DNA of 30,351 bases from an uncultured Verrucomicrobiota bacterium (GTDB lineage Bacteria; Verrucomicrobiota; Verrucomicrobiia; Limisphaerales; UBA1096): assembly GCA_913050205.1 (NCBI GenBank), contig CAJXAU010000001.1, positions 1 through 30,351 on the forward strand. Direction: 5' to 3'. Made by a program: the position numbers and the translations under genes. The first letter of the stretch is position 1, and every line of letters starts with the position of its first letter. Below the pieces are notes generated by a model. That model had not been told where the DNA came from and did not search any database. It saw nothing but the letters and a program-made list of their open reading frames with translations. This document shows positions 9,169 to 17,991 of this stretch, piece after piece.

Positions 9169-9939
9169 CTATTCTGCTTCAGCCGGCTTGGGAATGATCA
9201 ACTTTTGACCCGGACGAATGTTGGAAGTTTTCAGGCCGTTCGCATCCCTGATCTCCTTGACGGTGGTCTTGTGATTCTTCGCGATGGTGTACAGGTTGTC
9301 ACCCGCCTTAACCTCGTACTGCGTTGCCCCCTCCGGTACGGCCGGAGCCGCCGGCTCTGGCGCCTTCGCAGGAATAACCAGCACTTGGCCAATCGCGATG
9401 CGGTTCGGATCCACCGCCGGGTTGGCCTCCTTCAATGCCGTTACGGAGACTCCATGCTTCCTTGCGATCGCAGTGTAGTTGTCCCCCTTTACCACGACAT
9501 ATTCGGATTGGCCGGTGGCAACCGGCACTTCGAGGCCTGTGCTTGGCTCGGGCACCAGCGGCACCACGTCCTCCACATTCTCCGGCTCACCCGTGCCCGG
9601 AATCTGAACCTCCGGCGGTGTTGGCAATGGCGGAGTCGTGGTGATGACTTCGTTTGTTGGCACCGGCGCCGGTGGCGGTTCCACCACGGTCACAGTATTG
9701 GTCGAAGCCGGAGCCGGCGGTGTCGCCACTTCTCCCATCGGCGGCAGCGTGGCGATGGGGTTTGTGTCACCGGTCGTTGTCGTCTGGGATTCTTCCCGAC
9801 TACATCCGGAAAACAGTAGTCCACCAAGAAAAACGACATGCACAGCCACGATGATCATCACCATCTGAAGACCGGACCGATTCTTGGTATTTTTTTCGAG
9901 CAACGAACTCTTGGGTTGCAATGGATTTTGCCTAGACAT
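9169..9939 (-). CDS. Membrane-anchored protein with a Pro/Thr-rich linker and two C-terminal LysM domains
   Basis: N-terminal hydrophobic helix ending LLFSGC. LysM repeats YVVVKGDNYTAIARKHGVS...NP...GQVLVIP and YEVKAGDNLYTIAKNH...N.L....IRPGQKLIIP. AAGGAG ribosome-binding site upstream. Confidence 0.92.
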   Translation of the reverse strand: MSRQNPLQPKSSLLEKNTKNRSGLQMVMIIVAVHVVFLGGLLFSGCSREESQTTTTGDTNPIATLPPMGEVATPPAPASTNTVTVVEPPPAPVPTNEVITTTPPLPTPPEVQIPGTGEPENVEDVVPLVPEPSTGLEVPVATGQSEYVVVKGDNYTAIARKHGVSVTALKEANPAVDPNRIAIGQVLVIPAKAPEPAAPAVPEGATQYEVKAGDNLYTIAKNHKTTVKEIRDANGLKTSNIRPGQKLIIPKPAEAE

Positions 9940-10005
9940 GATTATTTAACACTCCTTGTATTTTTGTTGAAAAAATGACGCTTGGCCAAGCGCATTTGGG
10001 GGGGA

Positions 10006-10021
10006 ACACAATATATTGTGG
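10006..10021. promoter_or_regulatory. Palindromic operator resembling an NrdR box
   Basis: ACACAATATATTGTGG contains the perfect 14-bp palindrome CACAATATATTGTG (10007-10020) and matches the NrdR consensus acaCwAtATaTwGtgt at 15/16 positions. It sits in the 96-bp murD-LysM gap. Only one copy is present. Confidence 0.45.
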
Positions 10022-10035
10022 TTGAAGAAAGGCCC

Positions 10036-11484
10036 TCATCGCGACATGACGTTTGAGATTTCTGGGGCTGGTGAGCCATTGCCGGTTGTTTTTCCCTCCA
10101 CGGTGTAACCGGCCAAGCGCTCGACGTATTGCCGAAACATCTCGCCACGATGTTGATAGCCGTTGACGCTACCGGAATCTTCGCTCGCTGGCGAGAGTAA
10201 AATAACATCCCCCTCCTCGGCCATTTCGTATGCCTGCTGAACCGCATCTTCGAGCGAGTTCACCAGCCGACATGGGGTAAAAAGACTCCATGCAGCACGC
10301 AGTTTTTCACGTGTTTCCCCCATTAAACAGACAGCCTTCACACGCTGGGACAACATGGGTCCTATGTCATGAAACGCCCCGCCCTTGTCCCTTCCCCCGG
10401 CCAGAAGCCAGATATTCGGCCTTCCACCCGGTGCCGGCGGCATCGAGGCGAGGGTTTTTTCCATAGCGGCGAGATTGGTCGACCGGGAGTCGTTGACGAA
10501 CCGGATTCCATTAATCTCAGCCACGGTCTCGCACCGGTGCAGCAGCGGGGGCTGGTTTTTGAGCACCCCGGCGGATTGTTCCAATGGAATTTTCAGCACA
10601 CGCCCCACGGCTAGAGCCGCCATGATAATCTCGGCGTTGTGTGCCCCCTGCAATCGACATTCGCTGAAATCCAAAAGCGGCCCTTCCCAGCCCGGCACGC
10701 GGCTGACGATCAATCCGCGGTTGAGGGAGATATCCGCCCGGCGGTTGCTTGAGCTGAATGTAATCACCTTGGAGGGGATCTCGATCCCAAGTGAACGAAT
10801 CTGTGCCAACGCCTCGCTCTGGACGATTGCCCAGTCGAACGGCTGCTGGTTGGTGAACATCCGCGCCTTGGTTTTCACGTACTCTGCCATCCCGCGATAG
10901 TGATCCTGATGATCCTGCTCAATGTTCATGAGCACGGCGACGGTTGGTTGAAAAAACTGTGTCAATTCCAACTGGAACGAATTCACCGCTAGCATGAGGT
11001 AATCCAACTCCTTCGAGTCGGCCACGGCATCGCAAACCGGACAACTTACCTTGCCGGCTAGGCGCGTTTCACGCTGGGCACCAATCAAGACCTGCTCGAT
11101 GAGTTTTGCCGTCGAGGTTTTGCCGTTGGTTCCGGTCACCGCGATGTTCAGGCAGCGGAGTTGCTGGTAGCCCAGCTCCAGCTCGCCGATCACCGGAACA
11201 TCCCTTTTGCGCAGCGCACGCACCCAGTCCGTCTCGCGTATCCCCCCAACGCTGATCACGCCGAGATCCACCCCGGCCAACAGCTTGGCATCCGGCTTGG
11301 CCAAGCCCAAGTGCACCTCAGCGCCCAGCTTGGCCAAGCGCTTGGCCTCGCCCTGCAGTGTGGTCGAGTCCTTGCGATCCACCGCCACGACCGACGCACC
11401 ACTTTCGCAAAGCAGACGACAAGCCGCCCTGCCCCTCGCGCCAAGGCCGATCAACAAAACTCGTTTTCCGTTCAGCTTGAACAT
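10036..11484 (-). CDS. murD: MurD-family UDP-MurNAc-L-Ala--D-Glu ligase (divergent)
   Basis: IGLG, VTGTNGKTST P-loop, SFQLE, DH, HRCE, NDSRSTN, LAGGRDKG and LLSPA...RG. Directly downstream of mraY. Several canonical residues are substituted (see findings). Confidence 0.88.
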   Translation of the reverse strand: MFKLNGKRVLLIGLGARGRAACRLLCESGASVVAVDRKDSTTLQGEAKRLAKLGAEVHLGLAKPDAKLLAGVDLGVISVGGIRETDWVRALRKRDVPVIGELELGYQQLRCLNIAVTGTNGKTSTAKLIEQVLIGAQRETRLAGKVSCPVCDAVADSKELDYLMLAVNSFQLELTQFFQPTVAVLMNIEQDHQDHYRGMAEYVKTKARMFTNQQPFDWAIVQSEALAQIRSLGIEIPSKVITFSSSNRRADISLNRGLIVSRVPGWEGPLLDFSECRLQGAHNAEIIMAALAVGRVLKIPLEQSAGVLKNQPPLLHRCETVAEINGIRFVNDSRSTNLAAMEKTLASMPPAPGGRPNIWLLAGGRDKGGAFHDIGPMLSQRVKAVCLMGETREKLRAAWSLFTPCRLVNSLEDAVQQAYEMAEEGDVILLSPASEDSGSVNGYQHRGEMFRQYVERLAGYTVEGKTTGNGSPAPEISNVMSR

Positions 11485-11492
11485 TCCCTAAT

Positions 11493-12647
11493 CTACCTCA
11501 ATTTCAGTGTACTCAAAGCGAGTACGGCGAATAAAATTCCCAAGATATAAAACCGGGCCACGACCTGCGACTCGTGCCAGCCCTTCTTTTCGAAGTGATG
11601 ATGTAATGGTGCCATCAGAAAAACCCTTCGCCCTACCCCGGACTTGCGTCGCGTGTACTTGAACCAGCCGGTCTGGATCATCACGGATACTGCCTCGAGC
11701 ACAAACACGCCCCCCGCAATCACCAATATAAACGGCTGATGAATCAGCACCGCGATCACACCGAGAGACCCGCCCAGTGCCAGCGAACCGGTATCTCCCA
11801 TGAATACTTGAGCCGGGTGGCAGTTGAACCAGAGAAAACCCAACCCGGCACCGATCATCGCGGCACAAAAAACAGTCAACTCTCCCGCGCCCTCCACATA
11901 GGGCACGATCAAATATTCGGCCGTTTTCACATTGCCCGCGATGTACGTCAAAATGATGAATACGAATGCCACAATGAGGGTGCAGCCGATGGCGAGGCCG
12001 TCGAGGCCGTCTGTCAAATTTACCGCGTTCGAGCTGCCGACGATTGCCGCCATTGTGATCAGCAACCCCACAAAACCAACCCCGGCAAACTCGATCGCCT
12101 CGCCATAAAACGGCACCATGAGCTGCTTGACCAAGTGGCTCATCGACTGGTGGTTCCAAAGGTAAAGACCGATGAACAACGCAAGACCAATCTGCACGAC
12201 CAGTTTCACCTTGGAGTGAATCCCCGCCTTGTCCTGCTTGGTGAGCTTCACCCAATCATCATAAAAACCAAGTGCCGCGAGTACGATGACCGACATGAGC
12301 GTGAGTGCGAGAAACTCATTCCAACGCGCCCAGAGTAGTGCCGTGATGTCCAACGTAAGCACGATCATTATGCCCCCCATGGAGGGTGTTCCCAACTTGT
12401 TCACGCGCCCTTCCAGCCCACCTGCCTCCTCGGCCTTGTCCTTGTACTGTTGGCTAAATTTTAGCTGCTTTAATTTGGCGATGATCCGTGGTCCCAGCCA
12501 CCAACTTAGGAGCAGCGCAGTCACCGCGGCACCAGCGGTCCGGAATGTGATGTATTGGAAAACGCGAAGGAACGACAACCAGTCCGCCCATGCCGCATGG
12601 TCGTTATCGACCAACCACTGCGGCATCTGGCTTAGGTAATAAAACAT
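11493..12647 (-). CDS. mraY: Phospho-N-acetylmuramoyl-pentapeptide transferase
   Basis: TPSMGG, GFYDD, NAVNLTDGLDGL, FNCHPAQVFMGDTGS and MAPLHHHFE. Confidence 0.98.
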   Translation of the reverse strand: MFYYLSQMPQWLVDNDHAAWADWLSFLRVFQYITFRTAGAAVTALLLSWWLGPRIIAKLKQLKFSQQYKDKAEEAGGLEGRVNKLGTPSMGGIMIVLTLDITALLWARWNEFLALTLMSVIVLAALGFYDDWVKLTKQDKAGIHSKVKLVVQIGLALFIGLYLWNHQSMSHLVKQLMVPFYGEAIEFAGVGFVGLLITMAAIVGSSNAVNLTDGLDGLAIGCTLIVAFVFIILTYIAGNVKTAEYLIVPYVEGAGELTVFCAAMIGAGLGFLWFNCHPAQVFMGDTGSLALGGSLGVIAVLIHQPFILVIAGGVFVLEAVSVMIQTGWFKYTRRKSGVGRRVFLMAPLHHHFEKKGWHESQVVARFYILGILFAVLALSTLKLR

Positions 12648-12656
12648 GGCGATTCG

Positions 12657-14048
12657 CTAGGGCTGCAACTCCCCCTTGAGCGCCTCCATGACGCGTTCCA
12701 GTTTTGCCGATCGACTCCCCTTGACGAGCACCACGTCCCCAGGGGTCAGTTTCATCGCCAGTGCCTTGCCTGCGTGAGCGGCATCCTCAAACGCTGCCAC
12801 GTTTGATAGACCCACCGCCTGCGCGGCCCTCACCATGACGTCTGCCCATTGACCCACCGCAATGAGGCCGCTCAGACCGAGCTTGGCAACTTGCTCACCC
12901 GCCTCGTTGTGGGCGGATTCGCTCGATTTACCAAGCTCGGCCATATCACCTAGAACAGCAATGAGCTTGCCCCTAACCGGAAACGCCTTGAGCGTTTCCA
13001 AAGCCGCCTGAAGGGAGTCGGGGTTGGAGTTGTAGGCGTCGTTTATTACGCAGACACCGCCGAGTGTCTGCATCTGCATTCGCATGGACGCCGGTCGACA
13101 GTCCCGCAGGCCCTGATTCAGTTCCTCCTGGCTCAGGCCCAACTCCGTCGCAACCGCCATGGCGATCGCAGCGTTGTGGGCATTATGACGGCCCAGCAGG
13201 TCGACACGGTAGACTCCGTTCCGATCTCCCTTCGGCGAAAGGATTTCAAATTCTGTTCCCTCCCCATCCGGCGTGATACGAACTATTCGCCAGTCGCAGC
13301 CCTCTGATTCCCCGATAGTGACGACTCGCGCCCGGCATCGTTTCCGGATCGTTTCAAGTCCGTCGATGTCCCCGTTGACAAACAGGCAACCGTCCTCCGG
13401 CAATGCCTCAGCCAAAGCACCCTCCTCACGGAGCACTCCGTCCAGGTTTTCAAAAAATTCCAGATGCTCGCGGCCGATACTCGTCAACACGCCGATATTC
13501 GGGCGGATGGCAGAGAGCAGCGCCTCCATCTCGCCCGGATGATTCGACCCAACCTCGATCACAGCCGCACGGTGCGACTCCTGCAGGCGCAGCAGCGTCA
13601 ACGGCACGCCGATATCGTTGTTAAAACTGGCCTCGCTGGAGAGTGTTTCAAATCGTTGGCCGAGCAATGCAGCCAAAATATCCTTCGTTGTAGTCTTGCC
13701 GTTTGATCCCCCTACAGCAATCACCGGAATGTCAAAGTCCTGCCGATAACGGGCGGCCAATTGGCCAAGTGCCTCACGCGTCTCGTCGACGTGAATCGCC
13801 GGGGCCACATCGCCCCCTTGGCTAAGTCGGGAACGGTTCACCAACGCCGCCACAGCTCCTTGGCCAAGCGCTTGGCCGGCGTAGTCGTGACCATCAAACC
13901 GGTCGCCCTCAATCGCAACAAACAGGTCGCCCGGCTTGGCCAAGCGCGAGTCCGTGCAGACACGGTTCACGTACGCCGTACGTTGCCCAGTGACCAACTG
14001 GCCGTGGCAGCTTTCAGCAATAAATTCGAGCGTGCGCGGTTCCATCAT
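12657..14048 (-). CDS. murF: UDP-N-acetylmuramoyl-tripeptide--D-alanyl-D-alanine ligase
   Basis: TDSR, GDRFDGH, GSNGKTTTK, FNNDIGVPLTL, EHLEFF, NDAYNSNP, LGDMAELG and VKGSR. ATGA overlap with the ftsI stop. Confidence 0.96.
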   Translation of the reverse strand: MMEPRTLEFIAESCHGQLVTGQRTAYVNRVCTDSRLAKPGDLFVAIEGDRFDGHDYAGQALGQGAVAALVNRSRLSQGGDVAPAIHVDETREALGQLAARYRQDFDIPVIAVGGSNGKTTTKDILAALLGQRFETLSSEASFNNDIGVPLTLLRLQESHRAAVIEVGSNHPGEMEALLSAIRPNIGVLTSIGREHLEFFENLDGVLREEGALAEALPEDGCLFVNGDIDGLETIRKRCRARVVTIGESEGCDWRIVRITPDGEGTEFEILSPKGDRNGVYRVDLLGRHNAHNAAIAMAVATELGLSQEELNQGLRDCRPASMRMQMQTLGGVCVINDAYNSNPDSLQAALETLKAFPVRGKLIAVLGDMAELGKSSESAHNEAGEQVAKLGLSGLIAVGQWADVMVRAAQAVGLSNVAAFEDAAHAGKALAMKLTPGDVVLVKGSRSAKLERVMEALKGELQP

Positions 14049-15934
14049 CTCCGGGCTAATTCCGACTTGGGTTCCGCCAACGATTTCACCGGTACCGTCG
14101 GCTCGATGCCCAGGTAGTTGGCTGTCTTTTCGGCAATCTCCTTGAATGCCGGCCCCGCCACGACACCACCGTAGTAGCCGTTATGCGGTTCGTCCACAAA
14201 CACGCCAATGCACAACTCAGGCTTGCGCGCCGGGAGAAATCCAATGAACGACGCAAAGTATTTGCCGGGGTCGTAACCCCGTCGGGTCTTCGAAGGTTTT
14301 TGTGCCGTACCGGTCTTGCCGGCGACCTGATAATTCTCCAACCACGCCTGTCTTGCCGTACCGTTCGGCGAAACCACGGTGATTAGCGCCTCAACCATTT
14401 GCACTGCCGCCTCGTCACGGATTACCTTGCGGATCTCGGCCGCCTTGTACTGAACCACGGTGTTCCCGTCGCGGTCGGTCAACTTGTCGACCAGCATCGG
14501 TCGCATCAGCCGACCGCCGTTCGCCACGGCACTCATCGCCATCGTGAGCTGAATCGGTGTCGCCGCGATTTCATGTCCCATCGGGATGCGCGAGATGGAG
14601 AGCTTGTTCCAATTCTTATACGGGTGCAACAGACCGCTGATTTCACCCGGCAATGACACCCCAGTCTTCGCGCCGAAACCAAGCTGGGAGATGTAACGAT
14701 GCAACCGCTCGCCACCCATTCGCATCGCGACCTTGGCCGTGCCGATGTTGGAAGATTTGGTGATGATCTCCTCAACCGTTAATTGGTCGTACCCGTGATG
14801 ATCACGCAGCACCCTACCCGCAAAATAATAGCGGCCATTTTCGCAGTCGAACCGATCGGACAAGCGGACGACGCCATCATTCAGCGCTCCAGACACCGCC
14901 ACAATCTTAAAGGTAGACCCCGGTTCATACATGTCCGTAACCACGCGGTTCCGGCGATTATCCGCGGTGGATTCACCCGGCGTATTGGGGTTGAACGTAG
15001 GCCGATTGGCCAACGCAAGGATTGCACCTGTGTTCGGATTCACCACCACCACACAGGCACTGGCCGGCGTGTGCTTGGCACAAAGTTTTTCCAGTGCCTT
15101 CTCGGCGATGTACTGGATGTTGGCGTCCAGCGTCAGGACGGCATTCATCCCGTCGCGTGATTTAATGTCGTAGCCGCGGTATGCCACGACCTCGCGCCGA
15201 CCGCGATCCGTTTCTGTTTCGCGCCAGCCACGAACCCCTTCCAGCACAGAGTCCAGCATCATTTCAATCCCGTGTTTACCCTCGAGCCCCTCCATCGGAA
15301 CCTTTGCACTGCCGGGATCTCGTACACCGACAAATCCCAAAACATGTGCTCCAAGGTTGCCGCTCGGATAAACCCGCAATTGAGAATCGACGCGTTCGCT
15401 GAAAACGGATCGGTACTTCACGTTGTAATAACGCAGCCGCTCCTTGCGAGGCAACGATTTCACATCCATCCCAAAATCAAGGTTTGCGAGCGCGTTGGTG
15501 ATCTGCTGCCAATCCTCGAGCAACACCTTGCGCTTAAGCACAACGTGCTTGTCCTCGCGCTGCCGACCGGCTGCGTCTGTGTACACCCGGCGCTGCATCC
15601 GCTTGGCCAAGCCATTGACTTCCACCCCGAGGATCGGTGCAATCGCCCTCGCCACCAGCAATTGGTTCGTGCCAATCAGCGATGGGTCGGCGCAGACTGT
15701 CTTGGCGATACGACTCGTCGCCAGCACCGTTCCACGGGAGTCCAGAATATCGCCTCGCCGGGAAGCGTGAATCACCTTCCGGCGAGTGTTGTCCAGCGCA
15801 TGCGCTGAATGTTTGTCGTGTTGATACACCTGGATATCCACCAACCTCACCCCAAGTCCCACAAAACCGGCCGTAATCAGTGAGACCAGAAGGATCACCC
15901 TACCCCGGTGAGCGTTGGTTAGGATATGTGCCAC
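14045..15934 (-). CDS. ftsI: Class B penicillin-binding protein FtsI/PBP3
   Basis: N-terminal transmembrane helix, RRGDILDSRG, RVYP.G, EPGSTFK (SxxK), KSSN (SxN) and GKTGTAQK (KTG). GTG start. Confidence 0.95.
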   Translation of the reverse strand: MAHILTNAHRGRVILLVSLITAGFVGLGVRLVDIQVYQHDKHSAHALDNTRRKVIHASRRGDILDSRGTVLATSRIAKTVCADPSLIGTNQLLVARAIAPILGVEVNGLAKRMQRRVYTDAAGRQREDKHVVLKRKVLLEDWQQITNALANLDFGMDVKSLPRKERLRYYNVKYRSVFSERVDSQLRVYPSGNLGAHVLGFVGVRDPGSAKVPMEGLEGKHGIEMMLDSVLEGVRGWRETETDRGRREVVAYRGYDIKSRDGMNAVLTLDANIQYIAEKALEKLCAKHTPASACVVVVNPNTGAILALANRPTFNPNTPGESTADNRRNRVVTDMYEPGSTFKIVAVSGALNDGVVRLSDRFDCENGRYYFAGRVLRDHHGYDQLTVEEIITKSSNIGTAKVAMRMGGERLHRYISQLGFGAKTGVSLPGEISGLLHPYKNWNKLSISRIPMGHEIAATPIQLTMAMSAVANGGRLMRPMLVDKLTDRDGNTVVQYKAAEIRKVIRDEAAVQMVEALITVVSPNGTARQAWLENYQVAGKTGTAQKPSKTRRGYDPGKYFASFIGFLPARKPELCIGVFVDEPHNGYYGGVVAGPAFKEIAEKTANYLGIEPTVPVKSLAEPKSELARR

Positions 15935-15961
15935 GTTAGTCAGGTAACAGCTTCATGTCAG

Positions 15962-16357
15962 CTACGGCCGCCATTGACGCAGCGTGTGTTTTACCGTGCG
16001 GTATTCCCCAGGTTTACTTGGCTCCAGCTCCTTGGCTTCTGGAGGCAAATCCGAAAGTCGCAATACCTGCTCCGGTGTTGGCATGGTCAACCCAAGCCCC
16101 AGTTTACGGACTCGTTCGTAAAGTTTCTGCGTCGAGCGCATCTCGGCCCGCATCTGTCGCCAACGCTCGTTTTCCCCCTTAAGCAGATCAAGGCGCACCT
16201 CCTTTTTTTGAACCGCCGTCCCTAGTTGATGGATCTGCGACTTCTGCCACACGTAACCCATCGCCGTTCCGCCAAGCAGCAGGCACAACATCACCGCCTT
16301 GATCCACGAGCCCACGCTCAATGAAACTTCTCCCCGCCTGCGATTCCTTGCTGCCAT
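15962..16357 (-). CDS. ftsL: FtsL-like cell division protein
   Basis: Small bitopic protein: basic N-terminus, one transmembrane helix, heptad-like coiled coil and a LGL..P motif. Lies between rsmH and ftsI. Confidence 0.8.
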   Translation of the reverse strand: MAARNRRRGEVSLSVGSWIKAVMLCLLLGGTAMGYVWQKSQIHQLGTAVQKKEVRLDLLKGENERWRQMRAEMRSTQKLYERVRKLGLGLTMPTPEQVLRLSDLPPEAKELEPSKPGEYRTVKHTLRQWRP

Positions 16358-16360
16358 GTC

Positions 16361-17290
16361 TTATATTTTTTCCAGCACACGCAACTGCGCACTACGACTA
16401 CGGGGGTTGCGCCCCAACTCCGCCTCGCTTGGCTTGATCGCCTTTCGACTCAGCTCCCTCGCTAGCGGCTCGCGCGGCTCGCGCAACTCCGGTAAATCCA
16501 CCTCGCCTCGCACCGTGTACGGCTTGGCCAATTGCCGACTGAACTGTTTCACCATCCGATCCTCACCGGAGTGAAACGTGATCACCGCCAGCCGGCCACC
16601 TGGTTTCAGTACCGACCAGCCGGCATTCAGCCCGGCCTCCACCTGCCCCAGCTCATCGTTTACCGCCATCCGCAACGCCTGAAACACACCAGTCGCTGGA
16701 TGAGACCGCGCACCTCGCCTTGGGCAGGCTCTCTCCACCACTTCTGCCAACTGCATCGTTGTTTCAAGTCGTTGCATGCTTCGTTGCTCAACGATCGCAC
16801 GGGCGATGCGGCGCGATTTCCGCTCGCCACCCAGTTTCCAAAAAATCTCCGCCAACTCCTCGCATTCGAGTTCGTTGACCAATTGCACCGCCGACATTCG
16901 CTGCCGACGATCCATCCGCATGTCCAGCGGACCGTCCGACTGAAAACTGAACCCCCGTTCCGCCTCGTCGAGTTGCGGAGAACTCACCCCCAAATCCAGC
17001 AACACCCCATCGCAGGAGCGCTTGGCCAAGTGCTTGGCCAAGCCGGCAAATGCCTCGTGATGCAGCTCCAACCGGTCGCCAAACCGGGCCAAGCGCTTGG
17101 CTGCAGCCGTTAACGCCCAATCGTCCCGGTCGAATCCCACCAGTCGACCTTCCGGCGAACACGCCTCGAGGATCGCCTCCGAGTGCCCGCCGCCTCCAAC
17201 CGTCCCATCCACGTATAACCCGCCGCTCACCGGATTCAGTACGGTCAGCACTTCCTCCAGCAGGACGGGTTCGTGAATAAAGTCGGTCAC
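16361..17290 (-). CDS. rsmH: 16S rRNA m4C1402 methyltransferase RsmH (MraW)
   Basis: HEPVLLEE, DGTVGGGGHS, DLGVSSPQLD..RGFSF, PLDMRM, FQALRMAVN, FHSGEDR and NPRSRSAQLR. Confidence 0.97.
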   Translation of the reverse strand: MTDFIHEPVLLEEVLTVLNPVSGGLYVDGTVGGGGHSEAILEACSPEGRLVGFDRDDWALTAAAKRLARFGDRLELHHEAFAGLAKHLAKRSCDGVLLDLGVSSPQLDEAERGFSFQSDGPLDMRMDRRQRMSAVQLVNELECEELAEIFWKLGGERKSRRIARAIVEQRSMQRLETTMQLAEVVERACPRRGARSHPATGVFQALRMAVNDELGQVEAGLNAGWSVLKPGGRLAVITFHSGEDRMVKQFSRQLAKPYTVRGEVDLPELREPREPLARELSRKAIKPSEAELGRNPRSRSAQLRVLEKI

Positions 17291-17313
17291 TCTGCATCGG
17301 TAATTAATTCGGC

Positions 17314-17991
17314 CTATCCGTTTTTCTTCTCAACGTTCTCGGCATAACTCCAAGCCACCCGGCCATTGACGTACACGTCCGTCTTGTAGTCCCGAGCTAT
17401 CTCGATCGCCTCCTGAAATTCCTCCTGGCTCATGCCCTCAATTGACGGCTCCTCCTCCTTCGCAGCGGAAACCGGCCGCACGTTTACCTCGCCGCCTCCC
17501 CCAATCCCCACCAGACGGGTCATGCGATCCAAAAATCCAAATCTGTTTTTCAGCCGAGTAAATATCGAATTCCGCTGCGGCTCCTCTGCAATGAGACTGG
17601 AGCGGAAGGAATCCACTCCGGAACTCTCGCGCAGCGCGATGTCCGACCCCACGAGATCGTTGCGCACCACCCGCACCCGGGTCGGGGTGATTCGACTGTG
17701 CACCTCCACCTGCTCTTCGAGCTGCGGCTTGGCCTTCTCCTGATCTGACTCAAGATGATTACCAGGCGCCTGCGATGAACGATCGATCTCAAGCGGCTCA
17801 ATGAACCCGAACTCCCCCTGATCCTGATCGACCAAGGACGGTTCCACCAACACCACCGATTCTGATTGCTCCGTGGTGCGGGCTTCGGTTTGGACTGACT
17901 CGCTCTTTTGGTTGCCGATCCTACGGGAAAAATGTTTCTCCCGTGGAGACTCGAGCGCTCCGCCCACCGATAAGTACTGCATCAGATTCAT
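17314..17991 (-). CDS. Hypothetical acidic, probably partly disordered protein inside the dcw operon
   Basis: 225-aa ORF that fills the mraZ-rsmH gap. Its ATG overlaps the mraZ TGA (ATGA). No recognisable domain. Confidence 0.75.
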   Translation of the reverse strand: MNLMQYLSVGGALESPREKHFSRRIGNQKSESVQTEARTTEQSESVVLVEPSLVDQDQGEFGFIEPLEIDRSSQAPGNHLESDQEKAKPQLEEQVEVHSRITPTRVRVVRNDLVGSDIALRESSGVDSFRSSLIAEEPQRNSIFTRLKNRFGFLDRMTRLVGIGGGGEVNVRPVSAAKEEEPSIEGMSQEEFQEAIEIARDYKTDVYVNGRVAWSYAENVEKKNG

